DNA from: Minisyncoccota bacterium
GTDB lineage: Bacteria; Patescibacteriota; Minisyncoccia; Phycocordibacterales; UBA9973
Reading direction: 5' to 3'
Length of the DNA: 46,971 bases
NCBI GenBank assembly: GCA_031401615.1
Contig: JANNRS010000033.1
Location: 1 to 46,971, forward strand
Positions 1 to 10,727 of the stretch are shown piece after piece. The notes under the pieces are model-generated. The model did no database searches. It worked only from the letters and a program-made list of their open reading frames with translations, and had not been told where the DNA came from. How positions within the stretch are numbered: the first letter of the stretch is position 1; each line of letters opens with the position of its first letter. Position numbers and translations under genes: made by a program.

Positions 1-1034
1 CCAGCAGCATCCCAAGCTAGATAACCTTCACCAGAAGTTGGGTTTGACGGTGTAGCTGAAGCAGCATTTGGAAGTCGGAGTCCTTGTAGAGCGGTAGTGC
101 TGTGAGTAGTCAAACCAAGATCAATGTAAGAAAGAGCCCCAGCTGTTAAATTAATTGCTCCGGTTGTGTTGCCGATATTTGTCAGAGCTGTACCGGTCGC
201 GTTGATATTTGTTGCCCCAGTTATTGTTAAACCTCCAGTGCCTTGAATGAGACCAGAGCCAGCAGTTAGCCCAACAGTGGTAGCAAGCCCTGCGATAGTA
301 AGCGCGCCAGTAGAAGTTATTTTATTTGAGGAAGAGAAAAACTGAATGTCACCAGTTGTGCCGGCGTTAAATGTTAGAGCATTTGAACCAGTTGCTTTTA
401 ATCCTGCTAAAGTTGCATGACCTAAAATAAGTGCGCCAGAAGTAAGGACTGGAATTTGGTTATCAGTGGCACTTTGTGCTGGAGTAAATCCTCCGACGGT
501 TCGAGAGTTAATCGCAAAGCCAGAAGAGACCACCTGTTGCCTTGGAGAAAGAGTTTCAAATACTTCATCACCTCCAGTGGTACATGATGCCCCGACTCTT
601 GTTGCAACTTCAACATTTATAAAAGCTTGGTCATCAGTAAAAGTATAGTCAAGAGTATCTCCTCCAGCACCGGTGTCTCCGATGTTCCCATTGAAAACTC
701 CTTCACGAGTTAAGATAGTCATCGTAGATGGAGCAGCATAAGAAAGTGGCCAGACTTGGTTTGGGTTTGCGGTTCCACCAGTAGCTACATTCCAAAGAGA
801 AAATTTATAACAATAATTGATTCCACTTGGGCCACCAAGAAGATTGCCACTACTATCCATCAAACGTCCTTGAAAATTTATCAGACTTGGAACACCGGCA
901 GCAGCGTTAAGCTGTGAAGAAAAAATTGGTATAAAAACTGAGATAAAAAATAGAACTGAAACGCAAAAAGATACAACACTAAAACGTGTTTGATATAGCT
1001 TGCGTAGACTGAAAAAAATATTACGCGGTTTCAT
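1..1034 (-). CDS. Large secreted/surface protein, N-terminal part only (C-terminus lies beyond the left window edge)
   Basis: My own translation from ATG (complement of 1032..1034) gives [58 protein letters not shown]... It stays open to base 1. It is absent from the ORF track because it is truncated. It has an N-terminal hydrophobic anchor followed by T/G/A/N-rich repetitive sequence. Confidence 0.6.
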   Translation of the reverse strand, partial: MKPRNIFFSLRKLYQTRFSVVSFCVSVLFFISVFIPIFSSQLNAAAGVPSLINFQGRLMDSSGNLLGGPSGINYCYKFSLWNVATGGTANPNQVWPLSYAAPSTMTILTREGVFNGNIGDTGAGGDTLDYTFTDDQAFINVEVATRVGASCTTGGDEVFETLSPRQQVVSSGFAINSRTVGGFTPAQSATDNQIPVLTSGALILGHATLAGLKATGSNALTFNAGTTGDIQFFSSSNKITSTGALTIAGLATTVGLTAGSGLIQGTGGLTITGATNINATGTALTNIGNTTGAINLTAGALSYIDLGLTTHSTTALQGLRLPNAASATPSNPTSGEGYLAWDAA

Positions 1035-1116
1035 CAAATTTATGCTTATATTGTAACATAAAGCATACTCGCAATGCACATACATATAGTGCAATTTTGT
1101 GTAAAACTGTGGAAAC

Positions 1117-1148
1117 AAAAAATCAGGCCCTTTTTGACCTGATTTTTT
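1117..1148. terminator. Bidirectional hairpin terminator
   Basis: AAAAAATCAGG / CCTGATTTTTT form an 11-bp stem with a 10-nt loop and A/T runs on both sides. It lies just downstream of the stop of the 1165..1845 gene. Confidence 0.5.
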
Positions 1149-1164
1149 GTTTAATTCTTATGAT

Positions 1165-1845
1165 TTATGGAGTCTTTTTAACGCCACTTATTGGAGTATT
1201 TTTAGGTGGATTGGTTAACTCTTTTGGTAGTAGTGATTCTATCTCTTCAACAGTCTTAAAACCGCTGACAGTTTTGCCGTTTATGACGAGTCCTGGAAGA
1301 GAACTTTGAATTTTATAAATAGAAGTTAGAGCTTTGATGGTTGAAAGATCCAAATTGTAATCAAATGAATAAACGCGTAGTGTCGGATACTTTTCTCGGA
1401 GCGCATCTAAGACATAGCTTTGTTTAGTACAGTCAGTACAAGCATCTTTGTTACCATAGAAATAAAATACTGTAGCTATTTTTTGTTTACATCTTTCGGC
1501 AATTCTTTTTGATAAAAGAAAGTCTTTAACTTGTAAAATAGTGTATTGTTTTTTCAAAAATTGTACTTCTTCTTTGTCTCCAACATTTTGTTCACTGTAG
1601 CTAATTTTATCTGCCAAAGTTGCAATTTCTTGAGAGAGAATTGACCGGTCGACATCTTGACAAGAGAGCTCTTCCAGAAGAGAAAATTGAGTTTCTGATG
1701 AGAGAATATCGATAGCAATTTTGTTCTGAATATCCTTGATTTCATTGATCTTTTTGTTATTAACATAGTTACTAAGATACCATCCAGTAGCGAAAATACC
1801 ACAAGTAATCAAGAGGACGAAAAAGTATTTTTGGAAGCCTTTCAT
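1165..1845 (-). CDS. Membrane-anchored thioredoxin-fold protein (CxxC = CTDC)
   Basis: N-terminal TM helix (YFFVLLITCGIFATGWYL). The C-terminal segment FYFYGNKDACTDCTKQ...PGLVINGKTVSGF resembles a glutaredoxin/thioredoxin-like fold. Confidence 0.55.
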   Translation of the reverse strand: MKGFQKYFFVLLITCGIFATGWYLSNYVNNKKINEIKDIQNKIAIDILSSETQFSLLEELSCQDVDRSILSQEIATLADKISYSEQNVGDKEEVQFLKKQYTILQVKDFLLSKRIAERCKQKIATVFYFYGNKDACTDCTKQSYVLDALREKYPTLRVYSFDYNLDLSTIKALTSIYKIQSSLPGLVINGKTVSGFKTVEEIESLLPKELTNPPKNTPISGVKKTP

Positions 1846-1877
1846 ATGTTTTATATTTTACACCGCGGTAATAAAAG

Positions 1878-3134
1878 TTATCGCCATTTTGGCTGACCAG
1901 ACCGTGTTATTGTATTCCAAACTGCCTTCAAAAGCCAGACTGGGGCAATGACGCTATATAGGAGTAAATAAATAATAATATGCCAATGAAACCCCTGACC
2001 CTGTTTCGATAATTTTGTTCCAACCAAAATAGAGAAAATTATCATGCCATAGAGAACAACTGAAATAAATATAATAGTTTTTGTATTGATAAAAAACCAG
2101 TCAAGGTTTGTGTTGAAACTCAAATTAAACCCTTTGATAGATATTTCAGTACTTTTCTTGATGATAAAAATAATAAAATTGTAAAGAAGGGCAAAAGACA
2201 AGTAAACAACTGCAACTATAGAAATAATACCGCTCGGCAATGTAAAGAATGAAAAGTTTCCATACTTTGTTTTAAAAATCAAACGACGATAGTCAATAGT
2301 GTTGTTTATAAAACCATAAATCCATCTAAGCCTTTGTACATAAAGCTTTTTGATGCTGTTTGGAGATGAAGTAAAAACATAAGCGGTGTGACAGTGATCT
2401 ATTTTCATATGATTCTCTTGCATACGATAAGCTATCTCTTGGTCTTCAGTGTTATACGCTTTTTTAAATTTTCCTATTTTTTGAAAAACCTCTTTTCGAA
2501 AAACAGAAAATGGTCCGGGTGTTACGTGAATAGCTCCTAGGTAGGCCAACATGCGTTTGTTATAAGTACTCATATTGTATTCTACTTTTTGTGCATGTTG
2601 AATAATATTTTTTGGTTTGTTAACAATGAGAGATGGTGCAACCGCCATTACATCTGGTTTGCGTTGAAAAACATTTATCATTCTCTTTAGTGCATCGGGA
2701 GCAACAAATGAATCAGCGTCAAGACAGGAAATAAAATCTGCTTTTGTTTGATCTATTCCAAAATTAACAGCGGTGTGTTTACCGCCATTTTCTTTCTGGA
2801 AAATACGTACTTGAGAGTTATCTTTATATTTGAGTATTTCTTGCCAAGTATCATCAGTAGAACCATCATCAACAACAATAACCTCCAGTTTATCTTTTGG
2901 ATAATCAAGTGCTAAAAGTGAATCGATGGTACCATGCACAGTTGTTCCCTCGTTCCAAGCTGGAACAATTACTGCAACAGTTGGGAACTGCGAGAGCTCT
3001 GGAGTCTCTTCCCCGTGCAATGAATTTAAGTGCTTTCTTCGTTCAAAAAAAGTCACCATAAAAAAAACCTGTACATAAACGGCCAAAAAAACGATGATAT
3101 ACATAGCTATTTCCGAAAATGGCATGTCTCGCAT
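1878..3134 (-). CDS. Family 2 glycosyltransferase, processive membrane synthase type
   Basis: Motifs VIVPAWNEG, VVDDGSTDDT, CLDADS and QRLRW (QxxRW), plus several C-terminal TM helices. Start moved from 3224 to the MRDMPF methionine so it does not overlap the divergent dsbA-like start. Confidence 0.8.
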   Translation of the reverse strand: MRDMPFSEIAMYIIVFLAVYVQVFFMVTFFERRKHLNSLHGEETPELSQFPTVAVIVPAWNEGTTVHGTIDSLLALDYPKDKLEVIVVDDGSTDDTWQEILKYKDNSQVRIFQKENGGKHTAVNFGIDQTKADFISCLDADSFVAPDALKRMINVFQRKPDVMAVAPSLIVNKPKNIIQHAQKVEYNMSTYNKRMLAYLGAIHVTPGPFSVFRKEVFQKIGKFKKAYNTEDQEIAYRMQENHMKIDHCHTAYVFTSSPNSIKKLYVQRLRWIYGFINNTIDYRRLIFKTKYGNFSFFTLPSGIISIVAVVYLSFALLYNFIIFIIKKSTEISIKGFNLSFNTNLDWFFINTKTIIFISVVLYGMIIFSILVGTKLSKQGQGFHWHIIIYLLLYSVIAPVWLLKAVWNTITRSGQPKWR

Positions 3135-3200
3135 AATACCATTTTTAAAGGGTTTTTGGAAGCCCAAGACACTTCTATAAAGTGCGCTATAATGATCTAC

Positions 3201-3944
3201 ATGGAACAACAAGAACAAACACAAAATGAAACTACTGGGGCACCAAAAAAGAGTATGAGTATTAGTATTCCAGCAGCTATTATCACCGCCGGGGTTGTTA
3301 TCGCTTTAGCCCTTGTCTTCTCAGGTAAAGGAAGTGGAGTCGTCAAGAATAATCAAGTAAATAACAAACAACCAACATCAGAGGAACAAGCTCCCCCACA
3401 AAATGTTTCTATTAAGCCTACAGATCATGTTCGTGGTGATATAACAAAAGCAGAAGTTGTTATTGTCGAATATTCAGATAGTGACTGTCCGTTCTGCCAG
3501 CGTTTCCACGAAACTATGAAAGATGTTTTAAAAAAATATGGTAATAAAGTAGCTTGGGTCTATCGAAACTTCCCTCTTGATATCCACCCAAATGCTAATA
3601 ATGAATCCTATGCAACAGAATGTGTAGCAAAACTAGGTGGTAATGATGCATACTGGTCATACCTTGATAATGTCGTAGATATTACTGTCTCTCCAGATAA
3701 GAGTAAATCGGTTCTAACAAATATGGCAACAGCTCTGGGTGTTGAAGCTAAGTCTTTTGAAACCTGTATAAATAGTTCAGAGATTAAGGATTTGGTTAAT
3801 GCACAAATAGCAGAAGCACAAGCTCTTGGGGCTCGAGGTACCCCTTATAGTATTGCTATTGGAAAAAATGGTCAACAGGTAGTGATCTCCGGAGCGCAAC
3901 CAATTGATCAAGTATCAAAAATCATTGATGGCTTGATGAAATAA
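3201..3944 (+). CDS. DsbA-family thiol:disulfide oxidoreductase, membrane anchored
   Basis: CPFC active site (YSDSDCPFCQRFH), a TM anchor (ISIPAAIITAGVVIALALVF) and a GTPY cis-Pro-like motif. Start chosen at MEQQEQ (ATG 3201) rather than the track start 3030. Confidence 0.8.
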   Translation: MEQQEQTQNETTGAPKKSMSISIPAAIITAGVVIALALVFSGKGSGVVKNNQVNNKQPTSEEQAPPQNVSIKPTDHVRGDITKAEVVIVEYSDSDCPFCQRFHETMKDVLKKYGNKVAWVYRNFPLDIHPNANNESYATECVAKLGGNDAYWSYLDNVVDITVSPDKSKSVLTNMATALGVEAKSFETCINSSEIKDLVNAQIAEAQALGARGTPYSIAIGKNGQQVVISGAQPIDQVSKIIDGLMK

Positions 3945-3951
3945 AAACAAT

Positions 3952-3982
3952 AAAAAATCCCTTATAATATAAGGGATTTTTT
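3952..3982. terminator. Bidirectional rho-independent terminator between convergent dsbA-like and rpoD genes
   Basis: AAAAAATCCCTTA-TAATA-TAAGGGATTTTTT, a perfect 13-bp stem including the A/T runs. Confidence 0.6.
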
Positions 3983-3993
3983 ATTGTTTTTAT

Positions 3994-5334
3994 TTAGTCG
4001 AAATAGTTTCTTAATTTTTGAATCTTGTCATTTTGACGAAGTTTTTCATGAACTTTGGCTTCAATCTGTCTGATACGTTCACGAGTGACACCAAACTCAC
4101 GTCCAACTTCTTCAAGAGTATGTTGCACGCCGTCAATAAGTCCGTAACGCATTTCCAATATTCGGCGCTCCTTGGGTGAGAGTTCAGCAAGCACTGCCCC
4201 CATCTGTTCTTTGAGCATATTTCTTGTTGCTTCTTGATCAGGACGCAGTAGTTTATCGTCTGGAATAAATTCTCCAAATGTTGATTTGTCTTCATCGTCC
4301 CCTATAGGTTGCTCGAGTGAACGAGTCTCTTGATTAATCTGTTCGATGACACGAACTTTCTCAACTTCGATTCCCATTTCGTTGGCAATCTCTTCAGCCA
4401 ATGGATCACGTCCCAAGTCTTGACCGAGACGACGAACAACTTGTTTATATTTTGAAATAGTCTCAACCATGTGAACCGGGATACGAATGGTTCGAGACTG
4501 GTCAGCTAAAGCTCGAGTAATAGATTGACGGATCCACCAAGTCGCATAAGTAGAAAACTTATAACCTTTAGTCCAGTCAAATTTCTCAACGGCCTTAAAT
4601 AGACCGATATTCCCCTCTTGAATAAGGTCAAGTAAAGTCAAATCAGCAGTACGATTGGCATACTTTTTGGCAATAGAAACAACTAGACGAAGGTTAGCTC
4701 GAGCCAATAAATTTTTGGCTTCTAAGTCACCAGCTTGGATACGTCGCGCAAAATCTTTTTCTTGAGCAGCGTTAATAAGAGAGTACTGTCCAATATCTTT
4801 AAGATACATTTGAACTGAGGAGAAAGAGTGGCTATCTTTAACATACTTTGAAAGATCTTCTGTGCTGTCAACATCGAGTAAATTCCCGCCTTCAAGGACA
4901 TCAATACCAGCTACACTAAACTTCTCATAAATATCATCTAAAAATGAGATATTGCTCTCAATATCAGGAAACATCTTCAGAATCTCATCATAGGTTATGA
5001 ACCCGCGCTTTTTACCTTTGACTAAAAGTTCTTGCGCCTTAACTTCCATATCTTGAAGTTTCTTGGCAGTGTTTACCTCACGACGAGGACTACCAGCGTG
5101 TCGAATGGTAATAGGTTTTGGCTTTGTCTTCTCTTTAACAATCGCCTTTTTAACTACTTTCTTAGGTTTTGTTTTCTTAATTGCCTTCTTAGCGACTTTT
5201 TTCTGTGGCGCCTTAGCAACAGAACGTTTTTTCGGTGCAGATTTTTTTACTGCAACCTTCTTAGTTGACGTCTTTTTGACGCTTTTTTTAGTTACCATTT
5301 TCTTTTGTATCTTCTTGTTTTTTGTTTTTGGCAT
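3994..5334 (-). CDS. rpoD: RNA polymerase primary sigma factor (sigma-70 family) with lysine-rich N-terminal extension
   Basis: Region 2 ([40 protein letters not shown]), region 3 and region 4.2 ([20 protein letters not shown]). Confidence 0.9.
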   Translation of the reverse strand: MPKTKNKKIQKKMVTKKSVKKTSTKKVAVKKSAPKKRSVAKAPQKKVAKKAIKKTKPKKVVKKAIVKEKTKPKPITIRHAGSPRREVNTAKKLQDMEVKAQELLVKGKKRGFITYDEILKMFPDIESNISFLDDIYEKFSVAGIDVLEGGNLLDVDSTEDLSKYVKDSHSFSSVQMYLKDIGQYSLINAAQEKDFARRIQAGDLEAKNLLARANLRLVVSIAKKYANRTADLTLLDLIQEGNIGLFKAVEKFDWTKGYKFSTYATWWIRQSITRALADQSRTIRIPVHMVETISKYKQVVRRLGQDLGRDPLAEEIANEMGIEVEKVRVIEQINQETRSLEQPIGDDEDKSTFGEFIPDDKLLRPDQEATRNMLKEQMGAVLAELSPKERRILEMRYGLIDGVQHTLEEVGREFGVTRERIRQIEAKVHEKLRQNDKIQKLRNYFD

Positions 5335-5386
5335 ACTTTTTATTACTTAGGCTCAATCATTTACGAAAAATCTTTTCTTGTCAAGC

Positions 5387-7087
5387 CTACCCTCCTTGAT
5401 GAGGATAGTCATGACGACGTTTATTTATTTGTTGAATTAGGTCAGATAGACGATCTACTTCTATTTCATTACCTTCTGTCTCTGCTTGTCTTAAATCTCT
5501 TGAATATTCTATTCGTACGTTAGTTAAAAATGTATCAGTAATTTTTATAACAAGTTCTTGTGCGATCTTAATTTGGTCATCATTACTTAAAGATGAATAA
5601 TCTTTTTCCACGATAGCTAAAGCCCTATCGAGCCTATCTTGTGGTATTGCTGGCGCTGAGAAAAGAATATCCCCGGTAAATAGCGTGTTAAGGGGTTCAA
5701 TTACCTTCTCTATGGCATCTGAACCAAAACATTTCCGAATGGCTGTAAGTCTTTCATAAGGCGTACTTTCTTCAGTATTTTTTATTTTATCTTGACCAAC
5801 AGGAGAAACAAGAAGTGTATTTACTTTTTTGAGTTCTTCGACAATGCTTTCACTTGGCATACCTGTTTCTTGAGAAATCATTGTGATATAAAGATTCTTT
5901 TCCATTGCAGATGCGACACGAGCTAAAAATGGAAAGAGTTTTTCTTTTATTGTCCGAACAAAAACGTGTGGAGACAATGACTGCTTTTTAATGAGATAGA
6001 GGTGGTGCTCAATAAAGTGCTTACTCTCTTTAAGTTTTTCTTTCCAAGCATCAGCACCTTGCTCTTTAATAAGATCTGCTGGATCTACTCCTTCTGGTAG
6101 AACAACTACTTTAGGGTTCATCCCTAGAGAAAGCGCTACTAAGGCTGCGCGATCCATCGCTTTTTGTCCCGCTTCATCTCCATCAAAAGCTAGAAATAAA
6201 TGTGGAGTTAACCTAGAGAGTACAGCTAGATTCGAAAACGGATCTTGGGCAGACTCTTCTGAAACAGCGGTCCCTGAAGAAGCAACCGTGTTACGAAATC
6301 CTGCTTGGTGAGATAAAACCAAATCAAACTGACCTTCAACTAAAATAGCAAAATTATTTTTTTTAATATGAAATTTTGCTTTATCAAAACCAAAAAGAGT
6401 TTTTGACTTTTGGAAGATTTCAGTTTCCGGAGAGTTTAAATACTTTGGCCCTTCACCGTCATCAGGAAAACTTCGACCTGAAAATCCAATCACTCGACCA
6501 CTGGAATCATTCAGTGGAAAGAGTATTCTTTTTCGGAATCGATCATAGACCTTACCTTCAGTTTTTTTAATGAGCCCAGCTCGAACTGCAATAGATTGAT
6601 CTTTGTCATTTTTACACAGACTCTCTATTGTTCGCCATTCGTCGGCGACATATCCTATACGAAAGGCATCAATAGTTTCTTTCAATAAGCCACGTTTTTC
6701 TAAATAAGTTTGTGCTGAGCTAGACTCATTTAGGAGCTTTTGATAGATATTTGTAGCTTTCTCAAGAATTTCATAGACTCCGTCTGTATCAGAGACCAAG
6801 GGATTGTTGGTAAGTGTTACGCCAGCCCTGTCAGCTAAAAGTTTAAGCGCACCTTTTTTATCTAGCCCTTCAAACTGTTCAACAAAAGTAAAGATGTCTC
6901 CTTTGGCTCCACAACCAAAACAATAGTAAAGTCCTCTCTCTGCAGAAATGTTGAAAGAAGCAGTCCGTTCATTATGGAACGGGCACTTGGCCTTGAACTG
7001 GGAACCTGATTGCTGAACAGTTATGTATGAAGACAGTACTTCGGTAATAGGCAATCGATCTTTGATAGTCTCGAATACCGTTTTCAT
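5387..7087 (-). CDS. dnaG: DNA primase
   Basis: CHC2 zinc finger (CPFHNERTASF...CFGCG) and Toprim motifs (VEGQFD, FDGDEAG). Confidence 0.9.
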   Translation of the reverse strand: MKTVFETIKDRLPITEVLSSYITVQQSGSQFKAKCPFHNERTASFNISAERGLYYCFGCGAKGDIFTFVEQFEGLDKKGALKLLADRAGVTLTNNPLVSDTDGVYEILEKATNIYQKLLNESSSAQTYLEKRGLLKETIDAFRIGYVADEWRTIESLCKNDKDQSIAVRAGLIKKTEGKVYDRFRKRILFPLNDSSGRVIGFSGRSFPDDGEGPKYLNSPETEIFQKSKTLFGFDKAKFHIKKNNFAILVEGQFDLVLSHQAGFRNTVASSGTAVSEESAQDPFSNLAVLSRLTPHLFLAFDGDEAGQKAMDRAALVALSLGMNPKVVVLPEGVDPADLIKEQGADAWKEKLKESKHFIEHHLYLIKKQSLSPHVFVRTIKEKLFPFLARVASAMEKNLYITMISQETGMPSESIVEELKKVNTLLVSPVGQDKIKNTEESTPYERLTAIRKCFGSDAIEKVIEPLNTLFTGDILFSAPAIPQDRLDRALAIVEKDYSSLSNDDQIKIAQELVIKITDTFLTNVRIEYSRDLRQAETEGNEIEVDRLSDLIQQINKRRHDYPHQGG

Positions 7088-7089
7088 TT

Positions 7090-10000
7090 TTATTCTTCGT
7101 GATTCTTAATATCGTTAACCTTGAGTACCTTTCGATCTCGGAAACCGGTCCCTGCTGGGATTAATCTTCCAACAGTAACATTTTCTTTGAGTCCTCGGAG
7201 AGTATCAGTCCCACCTTTAATAGCGTTGGTAATCAAAACACGATTTGTGTTTTGGAAAGAGGCGGCTGAAATCCAACTCTTAGCAAAGAGGGCTGTCTGA
7301 GTAATACCCAAAATGATAAGGTCAGCCTTGGCTTCTCGCAGTCCCATATCTCGCATCTTAGCATTTTCTTCAATAAGATCAGTAACTTCAATAGTGTCTC
7401 CAATAGAGAAAGCACTTTCTCCAGCATCTTTAACTTTGCGTCGTGAGAACATTTGTCTAACTATGATTTCCAAATGCTTTCGAGCGATTGCGGCACCTTG
7501 AAGCTCATAAACTTTACTAATTTCTCGAACAATGTAGTCTTCAGCCATTTCTTTTCCTCCAAATTCATAAACTTCATCAATGTTAGCTGAACCATCTGTC
7601 AGAAGTTCACCAGCTATAACATCTTGACCTGCTTTTACAATAGCAATACGACGTGGGTTAACAACATATTCAACACTTTCTTTTTTAGCTTCTTTATCAC
7701 TAGAGAGCACAACAATTATTTTGTCTGTCCCATCTTCTTTAATTTCAGAAACAGTACCAGCATATTTATTAACAAGTGACGGATTTTTGATTGTTCGACA
7801 TTCGAATATTTCTTCAACACGTGGAAGTCCCGCTGTAATATCGATACCAGCAAGTCCGCCGGCGTGGAAGGTTCGGAGAGTGAGCTGTGTCCCCGGTTCA
7901 CCAATGGCTTGAGCCGCCACAATACCAACAGCTTCACCTTTTTCAATTAAGTGTCCCCTTCCGAGGTCAAGGCCGTAACATGTTCGGCAAATACCGTAGA
8001 CTGTTTTACAAGTCATAGGAGTTCGGACGAAAACTTCCATCACACCTTTTTGTTCTACTAGAGTTGCATCATCTTTCATGATGAGATGTCCTTTCTTAAA
8101 GAGAGTTGTGCCATCTGCTAGAGTAATATCCTTAGCCAAAATTCTACCTCGAATTGTCTTACCAATTGGAATTTCAAGTCCAGAAATAACTTCTTTAATA
8201 ACCCTCTTTGAAAGTTTAGTTCCACAATCCTCTTCAGTAATAATGACGTCTTGTGCCACATCAACCAGACGACGAGTTAGGTAACCAGCTCGAGCAGTAT
8301 TAAGCGCTGTGTCGGCCAAACCTTTACGAGAACCGTGGGTAGTGATGAAATATTCAATAGGAGAAAGTCCTTCCTTATAAGAAGGAATAATCGGGAAATC
8401 AATAGTTCGTCCTGTAGTATTTTGAATCATACCCTTCATACCAGCCATTTGAGTCACGTTACTCATACTTCCTCGAGCACCTGAGGTAATCATGTCGTAG
8501 ACAGAGCTGTGTTTTTTAACAGTTGCAGTCAAGGCTTTTTCAATTTCACTTTTAGCTTTATTCCAAACTTCAATAACTTTTTGGAAACGTTCCTCCTCTG
8601 AAAGAAGCCCGTCTTCAAATTGAGTCTTGATAGCATCTTCCATAGCACGATGATTGGCAATAATAGCTGGCTTTTCTTTTGGTACAACAACATTATCAAT
8701 CCCCCAAGTTACACCAGAGCGAGTTGCGTATTTATATCCAAAATTTTTGATTCTATCAAGAACCGGAGCAATAGCGGCAATACCAAAATCAGAAATTAAA
8801 GTATCAACTATACCAATAATCTTCTTAGCGGTAACTTCGTCGTTCGTATAGGGAAACTCTGCTGGTAAGATAGAGTTAAAGAGTAGACGTCCAGCTGTTG
8901 TCTCAAAAGGTTTACCGCCAAATTGTTCATACTTTGGATTATTGGTTCCGAGAACGAATATCTTGGCACGATATGATACGGCACCTAAGTCATAAGACAT
9001 AAGCGCTTCATTTGGACTAGCAAAATACATACCTTCGCCCTTGTCACCATCAACAATAGAAGTCATCCAATAACAACCGAGCACGATATCCAACATTTTT
9101 GATGACACAATTGGGTCACCGTTTTGTGGTTTAAGTAGGTTCTTATCAGCTGCAACAATAGTTTTTGCTTCATGTTGAGCAGTATCAGAGAGCGGTAAAT
9201 AGACTCCCATTTGGTCACCATCGAAGTCAGCGTTAAAAGCTGGACAAACGAGTGGGTGGACTTGGATAGCATTACCTTCAATCAACACAGGCATAAATGC
9301 TTGAATACCAAGTCTGTGGAGTGTCGGCGCTCGGTTTAAGAGTACATACTTTCCAGCAATAACTTGTTCGAGAATTGCCCAAACTTCTGGAATACCATCT
9401 TCAATCAATTTGTTAGCACCACGAATATTAAATGCCAATTCTTGTGAAATTATTTTCGAAATTACAAAGGGCTTGAAAAGCTCCAGCGCCATGTGCTTTG
9501 GAAGTCCACATTGATTAAGTTTTAGATTTGGACCAACAACAATAACACTTCGCCCAGAATAGTCTACACGCTTACCGAGTAAGTTCTGTCGGAACAAACC
9601 TTGTTTACTTTTGAGGTTATCGGAGAGAGATTTGAGGGCACGACGTTGTGCCTGACTCATGGCTGGAGAATCCTGCCCAGCAATACTGTTATCAATAAGA
9701 GCATCTACTGCTTCTTGCAAAATACGCTTTTCGTTTCGGAGAATAACATCTGGAGCACCTATTTCTTTTAATTTTCGAAGACGATTGTTTCGATTGATAA
9801 CACGACGGTAAAGGTCGTTGATATCAGATGTCGCATGTCGACCACCTTCAAGAGCCACCATCGGACGAAGGGCTGGTGGGATAACTGGAATACGAGTTAA
9901 GAACATCCATTCAGGGCGAATACCGGCATACATCATGCCTCGAATAAGTGAAAGGCGCTTGTTGAGTTTTTCACGCTCGGCGGCCCCAGCTTTTTCCAAA

Positions 10001-10710
10001 GATTTTTCTGTCTTGGTTTTGAGTTTTGCTAAATCAATTTGATTGAAAAGTTGGAAAACAGCTTCAGCACCAATACCTGCTTCAAAGGCAGAACCGTACT
10101 TGAGTGAGTAGTGATGATAAGCAATTTCGTTGAGAACTTTACCTGTTCGGATTTCAGCAATTTCCTTTTTTGTATTTAGAAGTAGTGTTTTCAGTTTGTC
10201 ACGAGTTTCGTCGTCAGCTGCATTTTTTAATTTATTTTTAAATTCAGTATCAAGATCGACAATAATACGATCCCTTTCATCTTCATGAACAGAGACAATA
10301 ATATAGCCAGCGAAGTATATAACTTTTTCAAGTTCAGTAAGCGGAATACCAAGTAAGATACTCATTCTTGAGGGCACACCACGGAGGAACCAAATATGAG
10401 CGACAGGAGAAGATAGGTCAATGTGACCCATACGATCACGACGAACAATGGATTGTGTGATTTCAACACCACATTTTTCACAGATAATACCAGCATAACG
10501 AATACGCTTGTACTTTCCACAGTAACATTCATAATCTTTCTCTGGACCGAAGATGCGCTCGTCAAACAGGCCACCTCTTTCAGATCGGCCAGTACGATAG
10601 TTGATAGTTTCGGGTTTTGTAACTTCACCATATGACCATTCAAGGATCTTCTCAGGAGAAGCAAGCTTCAGAACAATTTTATCGAAATTTGTTGTATCTA
10701 ATGTTTTCAT
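7090..10710 (-). CDS. rpoC: DNA-directed RNA polymerase subunit beta prime
   Basis: NADFDGDQM catalytic motif, a zinc-binding CYCGKYKR...CEKCGVE segment, and full-length similarity of the 1206-aa product. Confidence 0.97.
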   Translation of the reverse strand: MKTLDTTNFDKIVLKLASPEKILEWSYGEVTKPETINYRTGRSERGGLFDERIFGPEKDYECYCGKYKRIRYAGIICEKCGVEITQSIVRRDRMGHIDLSSPVAHIWFLRGVPSRMSILLGIPLTELEKVIYFAGYIIVSVHEDERDRIIVDLDTEFKNKLKNAADDETRDKLKTLLLNTKKEIAEIRTGKVLNEIAYHHYSLKYGSAFEAGIGAEAVFQLFNQIDLAKLKTKTEKSLEKAGAAEREKLNKRLSLIRGMMYAGIRPEWMFLTRIPVIPPALRPMVALEGGRHATSDINDLYRRVINRNNRLRKLKEIGAPDVILRNEKRILQEAVDALIDNSIAGQDSPAMSQAQRRALKSLSDNLKSKQGLFRQNLLGKRVDYSGRSVIVVGPNLKLNQCGLPKHMALELFKPFVISKIISQELAFNIRGANKLIEDGIPEVWAILEQVIAGKYVLLNRAPTLHRLGIQAFMPVLIEGNAIQVHPLVCPAFNADFDGDQMGVYLPLSDTAQHEAKTIVAADKNLLKPQNGDPIVSSKMLDIVLGCYWMTSIVDGDKGEGMYFASPNEALMSYDLGAVSYRAKIFVLGTNNPKYEQFGGKPFETTAGRLLFNSILPAEFPYTNDEVTAKKIIGIVDTLISDFGIAAIAPVLDRIKNFGYKYATRSGVTWGIDNVVVPKEKPAIIANHRAMEDAIKTQFEDGLLSEEERFQKVIEVWNKAKSEIEKALTATVKKHSSVYDMITSGARGSMSNVTQMAGMKGMIQNTTGRTIDFPIIPSYKEGLSPIEYFITTHGSRKGLADTALNTARAGYLTRRLVDVAQDVIITEEDCGTKLSKRVIKEVISGLEIPIGKTIRGRILAKDITLADGTTLFKKGHLIMKDDATLVEQKGVMEVFVRTPMTCKTVYGICRTCYGLDLGRGHLIEKGEAVGIVAAQAIGEPGTQLTLRTFHAGGLAGIDITAGLPRVEEIFECRTIKNPSLVNKYAGTVSEIKEDGTDKIIVVLSSDKEAKKESVEYVVNPRRIAIVKAGQDVIAGELLTDGSANIDEVYEFGGKEMAEDYIVREISKVYELQGAAIARKHLEIIVRQMFSRRKVKDAGESAFSIGDTIEVTDLIEENAKMRDMGLREAKADLIILGITQTALFAKSWISAASFQNTNRVLITNAIKGGTDTLRGLKENVTVGRLIPAGTGFRDRKVLKVNDIKNHEE

Positions 10711-10727
10711 AAATTTATTACTTCTGA

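Noticed and set aside
3135-3224. Longer N-terminus of the GT2 ORF, and the 3030 start of the dsbA-like ORF.
   Set aside because: The two extensions overlap each other on opposite strands. The internal methionines (3134 and 3201) give sensible N-termini and a divergent intergenic region.
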